NCBI GenBank assembly: GCA_030747575.1
Contig: JASLKI010000258.1
Span: forward strand, 1 to 40,840
Source of the DNA: Verrucomicrobiota bacterium
Lineage (GTDB): Bacteria > Verrucomicrobiota > Verrucomicrobiia > Limisphaerales > UBA1096
Length of the DNA stretch: 40,840 nt
Direction of reading: 5' to 3'
The notes beneath the pieces were generated by a model. That model searched no databases and had not been told where the DNA came from. It worked only from the letters and a program-made list of their open reading frames with translations. The translations under genes and the position numbers were made by a program. How positions within the stretch are numbered: position 1 is the stretch's first letter; the number at the start of each line of letters is the position of its first letter. This document shows, in pieces, positions 17,492 to 26,510 of the stretch.

Positions 17492-18630
17492 GGGGGCCTG
17501 TTGGAGCGATGGATGGCCCGTGTTGCTGAGAGGAATTTCCTCATCTCTGTCTCGGTGCCGATGGTGATGCGGAGCCAGTCACGCACTTTGGGCGCATCAA
17601 ACCATCGGGTTAGGATTTTCCTCACCCGCAATTGCTGAAACCATTCGGCAGCAGTGATGCCGGTCGGCCTGGCAAAAATGAAATTGGCTTGACTGGGCAG
17701 CACCTCAAAGCCAAGGGCCTCGAGTGACCCGGTGGTTTTGGTTCGCCACTGAACGATGTGCTCGAACTGCTTTCGGTAGTGTCCGATGTCCGAGAGTGTG
17801 GCCAGTGCCGCCGTCTGGCCAAGTCCATTAACGTTATAGCTGTCCCGTATCCTGTCCAGCGCCCCAATGAGTACCGGGTGGCCGACGAGGTAGCCTATCC
17901 GCTGAAAGCAAAGCGAGTAAGCCTTGCTAAACGTACGGGACACGATGACGTGCGGGAACCGCTTGGGCAAACGCAGCGCATTTTCGTCGGCGAAGTCAAC
18001 ATACGCCTCGTCCAGGATTGTCACGCCACTTTGCGCAGCGCAAAGTTTGCTCAAGTCGCTCGTTGCGTAGCCGCGTCCGCTGGGCGCGTTCGGCGTCGTG
18101 ATGTAGCTGAGCGCCGCGCTGAAATTCCAGTTACTCTTTTGCAAGGCCTCATTTGTTGGCAACTCAAAACTAGCGGGCAGCTTGACCTCGTTGCGCCTCG
18201 CGCCGTGAATGTCAGCGAGAATCGGGTAAAGCGAGTAGCTCGGCGTGAAGTACTGGATGGTTTGTTTCGCGATTTGCCGACGGGTTGTTGCGCCGGCTTG
18301 GCGCGGCTCGGCGAATGCGCGGGTGGCTAGGGCGAGCAACTCGTCGGAGCCGTTGCCCACGATGATGTTTTCACGCTTGCAGCCGTGGAACTTGGCAAGA
18401 GCTTCGCGCAGCGGTCGCGCGGCCGGGTCGGGGTAACGGCGCAGCCGCTCATCGGTAGCCGACCGAATGGCGCGGATGACCTTGGGCGAGGGCGGCGCAG
18501 GGTTCTCGTTCGTGTTGAGCTTGATGAGCCCGGGAACCTTCGGTTGCTCGCCCGGCACGTAGCCGTGCAGCTTTCGCACTATCGGACGAACCAGTTGTCG
18601 CGGGGAGTGATCTCTGCGCTTGGTTGTCAT
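17488..18630 (-). CDS. hisC: Histidinol-phosphate aminotransferase
   Basis: LHGYVPGEQP, IKLNTNENP and SRTFSKAYSL (PLP-binding lysine). ATG at 18630 follows the tracked TTG at 18633. Confidence 0.9.
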   Translation of the reverse strand: MTTKRRDHSPRQLVRPIVRKLHGYVPGEQPKVPGLIKLNTNENPAPPSPKVIRAIRSATDERLRRYPDPAARPLREALAKFHGCKRENIIVGNGSDELLALATRAFAEPRQAGATTRRQIAKQTIQYFTPSYSLYPILADIHGARRNEVKLPASFELPTNEALQKSNWNFSAALSYITTPNAPSGRGYATSDLSKLCAAQSGVTILDEAYVDFADENALRLPKRFPHVIVSRTFSKAYSLCFQRIGYLVGHPVLIGALDRIRDSYNVNGLGQTAALATLSDIGHYRKQFEHIVQWRTKTTGSLEALGFEVLPSQANFIFARPTGITAAEWFQQLRVRKILTRWFDAPKVRDWLRITIGTETEMRKFLSATRAIHRSNRPP

Positions 18631-18639
18631 CAAGTGTAA

Positions 18640-19935
18640 TTAATCCTCGAGGCGAATTTCGGCCGAATGGCCGTGGGCGTCGAGTCCCTCCATTTCGGCG
18701 AATGTCCGGATCGTTTCGATAGACTTGGCCAAGGCGAGCCTGTTGTATCTCACAACGCTGGTGCGGCGCTGGAATTGATCCACGGTCAAGCCGGCGAACG
18801 AAGCACCAGCGCCCCCGGTGGGCAGCGTGTGACTGGGGCCGGCCACGTAGTCGCCGAGGACGGTTGGCGTCCACGGGCCAACAAAAATTGCGCCGACGGT
18901 GGTGAGGGCTTTCACGGCCTGTCCGGGCTTTCGGAGCATCAGTTCGCAATGCTCCGGCGCGATGCGGTTGGCGAGGGCGATGCCGTCGTTGATCGATTTC
19001 ACGTGGATGAGCCACCCGTTTTTCCTGAGTGCCTTCCGAATGAACTCGCGGCGCGACAACGCGGGGAGTTGTTGCTTTAGTTCCCGCTGCACGTCGCCAA
19101 TGAGCTTTTTGGAATTGCTGGCCAACCAAACGCGCTCGTCGCCGGAGCCGTGCTCGGCTTGCGCGAGCAGGTCAGCGGCGGCGAACTTCGGGTTGGCCGA
19201 CGAGTCTGCGAGGATGAACATCTCGCTTGGCCCGGGCAGCAGGTCGATGGCCACGCGGCCAAACAACAGTCGCTTAGCAGCGACGACGTAGGCGTTGCCG
19301 GGGCCGAAGATTTTTTGCACGGGATGGATGGTCTTGGTTCCGCAAGCCATCGCGGCGATGGCCTGCGCGCCACCGACACAATACACCTCGGTGGCTCCGG
19401 CTAGAGCAAGCGCGGCGAGCAGGGCGGTATTGATCTGGCCGTCTTTACCGCAGGGAGTGCAGGCGACGATTTCGCGGCAGCCGGCAACCTTGGCCAGGGT
19501 GACGGTCATCAGCGTGGTCGATGCCAGGGGGGCTGTCCCGCCGGGAATGTACACGCCAACTCGTGCGAACGGATCGAACTTTTCACCGACCACGCCGCCT
19601 TGGGCGTTGCGGGCATGCCAGTTCTTCCGGAGGGATCGTTTTGCGAATAAGGTGACGTTGGCTTTTGCCAGGCGGATGGCCTTGCGGGTGCGGGCGTCGG
19701 TGGCGCCCCAAGCGCCAGCAAGTTCGGCTTGGCTGACGCGCAGTTTGCCCGGGGTAAGCTTGGCTCCATCGAACTTTTCCGTGTAATCAAGCAGTGCCTT
19801 GTCGCCGCGGCGCTGGACTGTGCGGATGATTTCAAGCGCTCGCTGCTCGACAACCGGATCGAAAAGGCTGGAGGCAGCGATGAGCTTGTTCAGTTTGGCG
19901 GAGAAGGCGGAATCCGTGTGCCGGATCAAATTCAT
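18640..19935 (-). CDS. hisD: Histidinol dehydrogenase
   Basis: LLAQAEHG, IAPEHCEL and GDYVAGPSHTLPTGG. 431 aa. Confidence 0.93.
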   Translation of the reverse strand: MNLIRHTDSAFSAKLNKLIAASSLFDPVVEQRALEIIRTVQRRGDKALLDYTEKFDGAKLTPGKLRVSQAELAGAWGATDARTRKAIRLAKANVTLFAKRSLRKNWHARNAQGGVVGEKFDPFARVGVYIPGGTAPLASTTLMTVTLAKVAGCREIVACTPCGKDGQINTALLAALALAGATEVYCVGGAQAIAAMACGTKTIHPVQKIFGPGNAYVVAAKRLLFGRVAIDLLPGPSEMFILADSSANPKFAAADLLAQAEHGSGDERVWLASNSKKLIGDVQRELKQQLPALSRREFIRKALRKNGWLIHVKSINDGIALANRIAPEHCELMLRKPGQAVKALTTVGAIFVGPWTPTVLGDYVAGPSHTLPTGGAGASFAGLTVDQFQRRTSVVRYNRLALAKSIETIRTFAEMEGLDAHGHSAEIRLED

Positions 19936-20092
19936 CGGGTGGGAAGATAGTGGAAGAAGCCCGGAAAAGTCAAAGCTGGGAGGCTTGTCAAGTAACTTTG
20001 GAGATCAAGAGGAGAGAAAAAATATTTTTTAGGTTTGACGAGACAGGTTGGATTATGTCGTTATTACTAACCTCTTTTATTGAGTTCTAGCG

Positions 20093-23000
20093 ATGTCCCG
20101 AACAGCCAAGAAAAAAAAGCCGATCGTCAGTTCAGCGAAAGCGTCTAAGTACGACGCGCACCACGCTGTCATCAACAACACCTACGGCGACTTCGCGGAC
20201 CTGCGCCACCAGTTGTCCGAATCCAAGGAGGACGTGGCCGAGCGGGCCAAGCTGCTGCAGATTTTTTCGGCGTGCAACGATTCGCAGCGTTCGTGGCTTT
20301 TGCTGGAGGATTATTTCGACAAGCTCAACCTGGCCCGCAAGGATTTCAGTCAGGACGACTGGTGGGGCGGCATGGCGAAGAGCAGCGGGGACGTTCGGTT
20401 AGAGGACTTGGCGCTGGTATTCATGAAGTCGGGGCGCTCGGTGCCCAACGAGTTGATGTCGTATGCCAACTTCACGCGCTTTGCCGAAGTGGAGCAGGCT
20501 GAAAAAGACCATCAACTTTTCAAGGGGCTTGAGGAATGGATGTTCCCTCCAACGCCGGTTCATCTCGACGCGCCCCGTGCTGCGTTGCGTGTGGTGGGGC
20601 GTCTTGTTGAGGACACGGAGTTGCCGGGCTTGTACAAGCTTGGGGTGGAGATTCACGTCATACGCCCCCGCACCGGCGATCGTGTGAAGACGCTGGACGA
20701 CATGGCTGACCTGACCATGCGAGCCGCTCACGAGCAGGAGTTGTTTCCCTCCAACGACTGGTCGTTTATCCGGTGGTCTTCCGGTGTCAGGCATGACTAC
20801 GACACGGAGGCGGAGCTGATTCCGCTGGGTGGTGCGGAGTTGCTGAAGTGGCTGGTGCAGTGGGGGAAATCCGGGCGAATTCATCTCGAGGGCGAAAAGA
20901 AGCCGATACAGTTTCTGGGGCGGATCATCGAGATGGAGCCCCACTTGGAGAAGGCTGAATCGGATCTGTTCTTCACACATGAGGTCAAACTGCCCGACAA
21001 GAAAACCTGCACCATGTCCGAAGTGAGATTTTTTGCCGGTGACCCCACGCTGGCTCTGATCGGGGGCGAGGTATTTCTTCTGCGCAACTCTCCCTCGCAC
21101 GAGGTGCTTGGGAATTGGGCCAAGATGAAAAGGGCGCCGGTGTCGAAGCTGACGCATCGCCTGCTCACCAAACTACGCAAGATCACCACCAACAACGGGG
21201 TGAATTGGGAGCAGCTTTGTAAGACGCACAAGGCGACACCACGATTTGTCTTTGAGATGGCCAGTGACACCGTTCGACTGAAACTCCTGGCCAAGAGCGA
21301 ATCAGACAAGAGTCTCTGGCAGTGGAACGGCCATGAATGGGCTCGGGAACAATCAGGGAAACAAAAACCGAACAAACCGGAAGTACTCGATGACGATCGT
21401 CTTGAGGCGGCCGTCGGATGGCTCAAGCGGCTGGACTGGTTCACGCCGGAGCCGGGCCTTTGGGTGGGAGACGCCAACCCTCTTTTTCTGGAGAGCCTGC
21501 ACGCCGCCTGGCCGGACAAGCCTGACGCGGAGTATCTTGGTGACACGGAATTCAAGCGACTGTTCCTCCAGCCCAAGCGCCTCAAGCCCAAGTTAATCGT
21601 CCGGGGTAGCGGCATCGATTGGCTTTCTGTCTCCGCTGAGTGGGAGGAGGAGGGGCTGAAGCTGACTGAGCGCGATCTCCAGCAACTCGCAGCTGCCAGC
21701 GGCAACTTTGTCAATCTACCCGATGCCGGCTGGGTTCAGTTGGATCAAAAGGCCGTGCAGGATGCACAGGAGGCGATGGCGGACCTTGGGGTGGATGGCT
21801 TGTCCGCAGTCGAACAGAAGGTCGGGTTGGAGCAGGCTGCGCACCTGGACGAGGACGGCTTGGCCAAGTTTGTCCCATCCGAGGAGCTGGAGCAGTTGCG
21901 GGGACGCCTGGATGAATTCGAGGGGGTTGAACACACTGAACTGCCGGATGGGATTCACGCCCAGTTGCGCCCGTACCAGGTGGAAGGCTTTAGTTTTCTT
22001 TGCCACTTGGCCAAGTTCAAGCTGGGCGGAATTCTTGCGGACGATATGGGTCTAGGCAAGACGCTGCAAACGCTTGCTTGGCTGTTGTGGTTGAGGACCA
22101 GTCGCCGGAAGAATGCCAAGACAAAGCCGACGTTGGTTGTCTGTCCCGCCTCGGTTTTGCACAACTGGCGTCGTGAATCGGAACGGTTCACCCCAAAGAT
22201 GAAGGTGCTTGTCTTGGAAAGCGGCCGAGCCCGGCACAACCTTCGCAAACGAATTCCCGACTATGACATCGTGGTTACCAATTATTCAATCCTTCGCCGT
22301 GACCTTGACGAGTTGGCCAAGTTTGCTTTCCGCGCCATCGTGCTCGACGAGGCGCAGTTCATCAAGAATCCCGGGGCGCAGGTGACCAAGTCGGTCAAGG
22401 AACTCAAGGCCGACCACAAGTTGGCGCTGACCGGCACGCCGATCGAGAACCGCATGCTCGATCTGTGGAGCATCGTAGATTTTGTCCAGCCCAACTATCT
22501 CGGCAACCAGCAGCATTTCAGCCAGGTTTACGATTTGCGGGCGTCGGAAAAGGACGAGAACGCCGCCCGGCTTGGGCGCAAAAAGCTCTCGGCCAAGCTG
22601 CGGCCGTTGTTGCTGCGCCGCGTCAAGAAACAGGTTGCCAAGGATCTTCCTGACCGGATCGAGCAGCGGCTAGACTGTGAGTTGCCCGAAGAGCAGCGCA
22701 AATTGTACCTCGCCGAGTTGAAGCGCAGCCGTGAACAGGTCATGAAAGCCGTTCAGCAGAAGGGCGTTGCCAAGAGTAAGATGCACGTGCTTGCTGCACT
22801 GACACGGTTGCGGCAGATCTGTTGTCATCCTGGCCTGGTTGGTAGCGACACGGAATCCGGCAAAATGGAAACGCTATTCGAGCTGGTCGAACCACTGCTT
22901 GAGGAGGGTCATAAGGTGCTGGTATTCAGTCAGTTTGTGCGGATGCTTCAGATTCTAGAGAAGGAATGCTCAGACAGGGGGATGCCCACCTATATGCTGA

Positions 23001-23362
23001 CCGGCGAAACCAAAAACCGGCAGGATGTCGTGAATGCTTTTCAGGAGGCCGAGTCGCCGTCGGTGTTCCTTCTCAGCCTACGGGCGGCCGGCACCGGCCT
23101 AAACCTGACGAGCGCCAGTTACGTGGTCATTTACGATCCGTGGTGGAATCCTGCCGTCGAGGCGCAGGCGATCGACCGCACGCATCGCATCGGTCAAACC
23201 GCCACGGTGAATGCATACAAGATGATTTCACCGGGCACGGTTGAGGAGAAAATATGGGATTTGCAGCAGCGCAAAGCCAAGACGGTATCTGACGTGCTCG
23301 GCGAAGACGGTTTCGCCAAGGGCCTGACAACGAACGACCTCGAGTACCTGTTCTCGGATTAA
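20093..23362 (+). CDS. SNF2-family DEAD/DEAH-box helicase with an N-terminal region of about 620 aa of unassigned function
   Basis: LRPYQVEGFSFL, ILADDMGLGKTLQT, VLDEAQFIKN, LTGTPIENR and DRTHRIGQ. I see no SWIM CxC...CxH motif in the N-terminal region. Confidence 0.9.
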   Translation: MSRTAKKKKPIVSSAKASKYDAHHAVINNTYGDFADLRHQLSESKEDVAERAKLLQIFSACNDSQRSWLLLEDYFDKLNLARKDFSQDDWWGGMAKSSGDVRLEDLALVFMKSGRSVPNELMSYANFTRFAEVEQAEKDHQLFKGLEEWMFPPTPVHLDAPRAALRVVGRLVEDTELPGLYKLGVEIHVIRPRTGDRVKTLDDMADLTMRAAHEQELFPSNDWSFIRWSSGVRHDYDTEAELIPLGGAELLKWLVQWGKSGRIHLEGEKKPIQFLGRIIEMEPHLEKAESDLFFTHEVKLPDKKTCTMSEVRFFAGDPTLALIGGEVFLLRNSPSHEVLGNWAKMKRAPVSKLTHRLLTKLRKITTNNGVNWEQLCKTHKATPRFVFEMASDTVRLKLLAKSESDKSLWQWNGHEWAREQSGKQKPNKPEVLDDDRLEAAVGWLKRLDWFTPEPGLWVGDANPLFLESLHAAWPDKPDAEYLGDTEFKRLFLQPKRLKPKLIVRGSGIDWLSVSAEWEEEGLKLTERDLQQLAAASGNFVNLPDAGWVQLDQKAVQDAQEAMADLGVDGLSAVEQKVGLEQAAHLDEDGLAKFVPSEELEQLRGRLDEFEGVEHTELPDGIHAQLRPYQVEGFSFLCHLAKFKLGGILADDMGLGKTLQTLAWLLWLRTSRRKNAKTKPTLVVCPASVLHNWRRESERFTPKMKVLVLESGRARHNLRKRIPDYDIVVTNYSILRRDLDELAKFAFRAIVLDEAQFIKNPGAQVTKSVKELKADHKLALTGTPIENRMLDLWSIVDFVQPNYLGNQQHFSQVYDLRASEKDENAARLGRKKLSAKLRPLLLRRVKKQVAKDLPDRIEQRLDCELPEEQRKLYLAELKRSREQVMKAVQQKGVAKSKMHVLAALTRLRQICCHPGLVGSDTESGKMETLFELVEPLLEEGHKVLVFSQFVRMLQILEKECSDRGMPTYMLTGETKNRQDVVNAFQEAESPSVFLLSLRAAGTGLNLTSASYVVIYDPWWNPAVEAQAIDRTHRIGQTATVNAYKMISPGTVEEKIWDLQQRKAKTVSDVLGEDGFAKGLTTNDLEYLFSD

Positions 23363-23372
23363 CCTCCTGCGT

Positions 23373-23388
23373 TTGGCCAAGCGCTTGG
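23373..23388. repeat. Overlapping palindromes TTGGCCAA and CCAAGCGCTTGG in the 30-bp gap between the convergent SNF2 and DUF1214-like genes
   Basis: gtttggccaagcgcttgg read directly. It lies between the stop at 23362 (+) and the stop at 23393 (-). Confidence 0.9.
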
Positions 23389-23392
23389 ATGA

Positions 23393-24457
23393 CTAAAGCT
23401 TCTCGACGCGAAAATTGGGCTGCCTCCATTCGCCGCTTGGCAGCAGCCAGCGAAAGATCACGCCTCCTTCGCGGTGCCCGGTGGTGTCGAGTTGGTTTGC
23501 TTCACCGGAGTCGCGGTGCGCCACGACGATTCGGAACGATCCGTCCGCTTCCAGTTTCACCTGCGAATGATTCAGGATGATTTGCTGGTTCACAAAATCG
23601 CGCGACTCAAGCCAGCGACTGCACAATTGAACCGACCAGTAAGCGCACTCGGGCGCGCGCCCTTCCATTACAAGCGCCTCGTCTTTCTCAAGCTTGTACC
23701 AGCCGCCAACGTACTCATTGTCCGGCGTGGGGAAAAGGCTGTCGAGCCCCACTTCCGTGCTGTCGACGCTGACCGTATTCGGCTGCTTCATCCAAGCTTC
23801 CGAGGCGATTTGCGTGGACTTAAATGTGCGCGACAGACTTTGGCTTAACGCCCGCAACCGGTGCGTGATTCCCTCAACTGTCGGGGCCGGTGGCGGCGTG
23901 ATGTCATCAAGCAGCTCGATGTTCAACTCGGCCGGTTTTTGTCGCAGGTCGGTGAAGTACTGGCGCGTCACCAGCGTACGGGCGATGTTGTCAAGTTGAA
24001 CCCAGTTTTTTACGCCGTCCGGTCGTTCGGCGGAAAGTACCAACTCAAAGCGGTCATCGTCGTCGAACACCATGTTAGCATCGCAGACGTTGGCCAGGAT
24101 GCAGTTCGCCCGACCGCGCAGCCCGTACAGGCAGAAGGCCAGGTACAGCTCCTCCCCGCGCCGGCCGTGAATGCGGTAGCGCAGGGCAGGATTCAGCGTG
24201 GCCCTGTGGTACAGGGTGTCTGGGTTGTCCACGAAAAATTTTCGGATAGGCGACATGATCTGTACAAGGCTCGGCGGGTTTGGGTCCTGTTCCACCTGAA
24301 ATTCCGTCATGGCGACCAGAATGCGAGTGAGGAAGCGGTAGCCCTCGGCGCGTTCTGATGCGTCGCGTCCCTCGGTCAACGCCTCCACTTGTGTCGCTGC
24401 ATTCGTGAGTTGTGCGGTCAGTGTTGCCCACGCCTTCGTCAATTCGTCGTTGTTCAT
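23393..24457 (-). CDS. Conserved hypothetical protein, DUF1214-like
   Basis: ERAEGYRFLTRIL, FFVDNPDTLYHRATL and ECAYWSVQL resemble DUF1214-type proteins as I remember them. The internal ATG at 24457 forms an ATGA overlap with the sulfotransferase stop. Confidence 0.45.
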   Translation of the reverse strand: MNNDELTKAWATLTAQLTNAATQVEALTEGRDASERAEGYRFLTRILVAMTEFQVEQDPNPPSLVQIMSPIRKFFVDNPDTLYHRATLNPALRYRIHGRRGEELYLAFCLYGLRGRANCILANVCDANMVFDDDDRFELVLSAERPDGVKNWVQLDNIARTLVTRQYFTDLRQKPAELNIELLDDITPPPAPTVEGITHRLRALSQSLSRTFKSTQIASEAWMKQPNTVSVDSTEVGLDSLFPTPDNEYVGGWYKLEKDEALVMEGRAPECAYWSVQLCSRWLESRDFVNQQIILNHSQVKLEADGSFRIVVAHRDSGEANQLDTTGHREGGVIFRWLLPSGEWRQPNFRVEKL

Positions 24458-25599
24458 TCTTCTATTCCTGCAAAATCGGATCGCACGGTTTGGGTGTCTA
24501 GCCCATACTCCTCGAGCGAGTAGCGATGCGCGCCGTGCTTGTGTTGGCGGTTGTCGGCCAGCCATTGTTCCATCCCGTTTTCAAATTCATTTGAGTAGTC
24601 GCAGCCGTGATGCTCGTAAATCCGCCGAACCGTGCCGATGGGGTCGGCGACAAGATCGGCGTATTGCACATCGAGAAACTGCGCCGGATCGGCGGCGGCG
24701 CGGACCTCGCTCGATCGCCGCTCGATCTCGAGTAGGCGCTGATACCAATGCGCGCCGATGGCAGCCTTGTCCACCACATCGCTTGCGGTGCTGCGCGTGA
24801 TCTCGCACAGGCTGCAGATGCTAGGCAGGACATTCTCCGCGCCGCGATGTGTCTGCACGATCCGCGCATCGGGAAAGACGCTCATCAGACCGCCCAGTCC
24901 GGGGAGGTGGCGAGGTGCCTTGCACACCCAGTGGATCCCGCGGCATTTCCAGCTGAGCATCTGTAGTTGGCGGCGGTAGTAGCGGTACCACACCGCGTCG
25001 GCCTCGTGCCCGGCAAGCCAATCGGAGTAAGTTGGAATGTTCGCCCTAAGTTCGAAAATAAAGTCGGCGAACGTGTGTTCGATGAGCCAAAGGCATTCCT
25101 CTGGGCCGGTGGCATTAAGCTTGTGAGCGCTCGCGAGGCGGGGTGCGATTTTCTCAAAACCGGCGACGAATTCCTCCGTTTGCGCTATCCGCGGATCGTC
25201 CTCCAGCGACTCGGGTGGTGGGGCTGGGTGCAGACCCTCCCACAGACGAAGCCAGCGCGCGGTCGGGTCGCGGGAAAGCAGGTTGTGCAGCAGCGTTGTG
25301 CCGGTCCGCGGGAAGCCAAGGATGTACAGCGGTCGCTCAATCGGCGTCTCCGCCATCTCCGGGTTTGCGGCAAACGCCTGCTCGGTCAGTAGTCGATTTA
25401 CGAGCAGACGAAGGATCGTACGTTGCAACATGATCACGCCTTGCTTGTTGAGTCGCGCCTCATCCCGCAGTGACTGGAGCAGCAACTCGTACGGCTCGAG
25501 GAACGCGTCATCGCCAAAGTCGGACAAGCCGGTCTGCGTGGCAGCTTTCTGCAGCAGGGTTTCGGCGTTCAGGGCGATGTTGGGGGAGAACCTGGACAT
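24454..25599 (-). CDS. Sulfotransferase family protein
   Basis: ILGFPRTGTTLLHNLLSRDP (5'-PSB PAPS-binding loop). 381 aa. ATG at 25599. Confidence 0.8.
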   Translation of the reverse strand: MSRFSPNIALNAETLLQKAATQTGLSDFGDDAFLEPYELLLQSLRDEARLNKQGVIMLQRTILRLLVNRLLTEQAFAANPEMAETPIERPLYILGFPRTGTTLLHNLLSRDPTARWLRLWEGLHPAPPPESLEDDPRIAQTEEFVAGFEKIAPRLASAHKLNATGPEECLWLIEHTFADFIFELRANIPTYSDWLAGHEADAVWYRYYRRQLQMLSWKCRGIHWVCKAPRHLPGLGGLMSVFPDARIVQTHRGAENVLPSICSLCEITRSTASDVVDKAAIGAHWYQRLLEIERRSSEVRAAADPAQFLDVQYADLVADPIGTVRRIYEHHGCDYSNEFENGMEQWLADNRQHKHGAHRYSLEEYGLDTQTVRSDFAGIEE

Positions 25600-25608
25600 T
25601 TTGGTGAG

Positions 25609-26382
25609 TCAACGAACGTACAGCGTCCCGCCATCGACGGGGAAGGGGGCACCGGTGATGAACGACGCCTCGTTGCTGCAGAGGAACACCGCCATCGCGC
25701 CAACTTCCGCCGGTGCGCCCATTCGGCCAATTGGCTGGTACTCGGAAAGTTTCCTGAACATCTCTGCCTGGTTGTCTGGATAATTCTCCGCGATGAAGCC
25801 ATCGACGAACGGCGTGTGGATGCGGCCCGGCAAAATCGCGTTGCAGCGGATGTTGTCGTGCAGATGATCCTTGGCCACCGAGTAGGTCATCGCAAGCACG
25901 CCGCCCTTGCTGGTGCTATAGGCGAGTCGATCGTTGATCGCCATCGTCGCCACCGTCGAGGCGATGTTGACAATCGCCCCCCCGCCGCTCTTGAGCATCT
26001 GCCGGACGCCGCCCTTGAGGCAGTTGAACACGCCTTTCAAGTTCACGCTCATCACGCAGTCAAAATCCTCCTCGCTGGTGTTCGTGATGTTGCCGACGTG
26101 CGCGATGCCGGCGTTGTTCACAAGGCAGTCCAGACCGCCGCGGTCACTGCCAAGCTTGTCAAAAACTTCCTGCACTTGGCCGTGATTCGACACGTCGCAC
26201 TCCACAGCATCCGCTTGGCCACCGGCGGAGCGGATCTGCTCGACCGTGTCGTTGGCGGCCTCAACATTAACCTCGAGAACATCGACAAACGCACCCTGCT
26301 TGGCCAAGGCGAGGGCGATCGCTTTGCCAATGCCCGATCCCGCGCCGGTCACGACAGCAGACTTTTCCGAAAGGCTGAACAT
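25609..26382 (-). CDS. SDR family oxidoreductase (FabG-like)
   Basis: AVVTGAGSGIGKAIA, NNAGI and YSTSKGGV catalytic motifs. The internal ATG at 26382 gives the usual SDR length of about 257 aa. Confidence 0.88.
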   Translation of the reverse strand: MFSLSEKSAVVTGAGSGIGKAIALALAKQGAFVDVLEVNVEAANDTVEQIRSAGGQADAVECDVSNHGQVQEVFDKLGSDRGGLDCLVNNAGIAHVGNITNTSEEDFDCVMSVNLKGVFNCLKGGVRQMLKSGGGAIVNIASTVATMAINDRLAYSTSKGGVLAMTYSVAKDHLHDNIRCNAILPGRIHTPFVDGFIAENYPDNQAEMFRKLSEYQPIGRMGAPAEVGAMAVFLCSNEASFITGAPFPVDGGTLYVR

Positions 26383-26510
26383 GCGCGGCAATCTCAACGA
26401 GACCGCTCCGCTTGGCAAGTTCCAACCCGTCCTCAAGCGTGGCGGTGCGGAGGGCGGGTGCTCCAAGGTCTGTTGGCAAACGGGGCGCGATGCTTTACGG
26501 TTGCAAGCGC

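Noticed and set aside
20399-21714. Two long minus-strand ORFs (252 and 277 aa) inside the SNF2 gene
   Set aside because: They overlap each other and the continuous 1089-aa plus-strand ORF, and they are Arg/Ser/Pro-rich without motifs.
13980-25983. G7/C7 homopolymers (13980-13986, 25977-25983) as general phase-variation switches
   Set aside because: Runs of this length are expected by chance several times in GC-rich DNA of this size, and one lies in a housekeeping SDR gene. Only the tract in the pilin leader is kept, as a low-interest finding.
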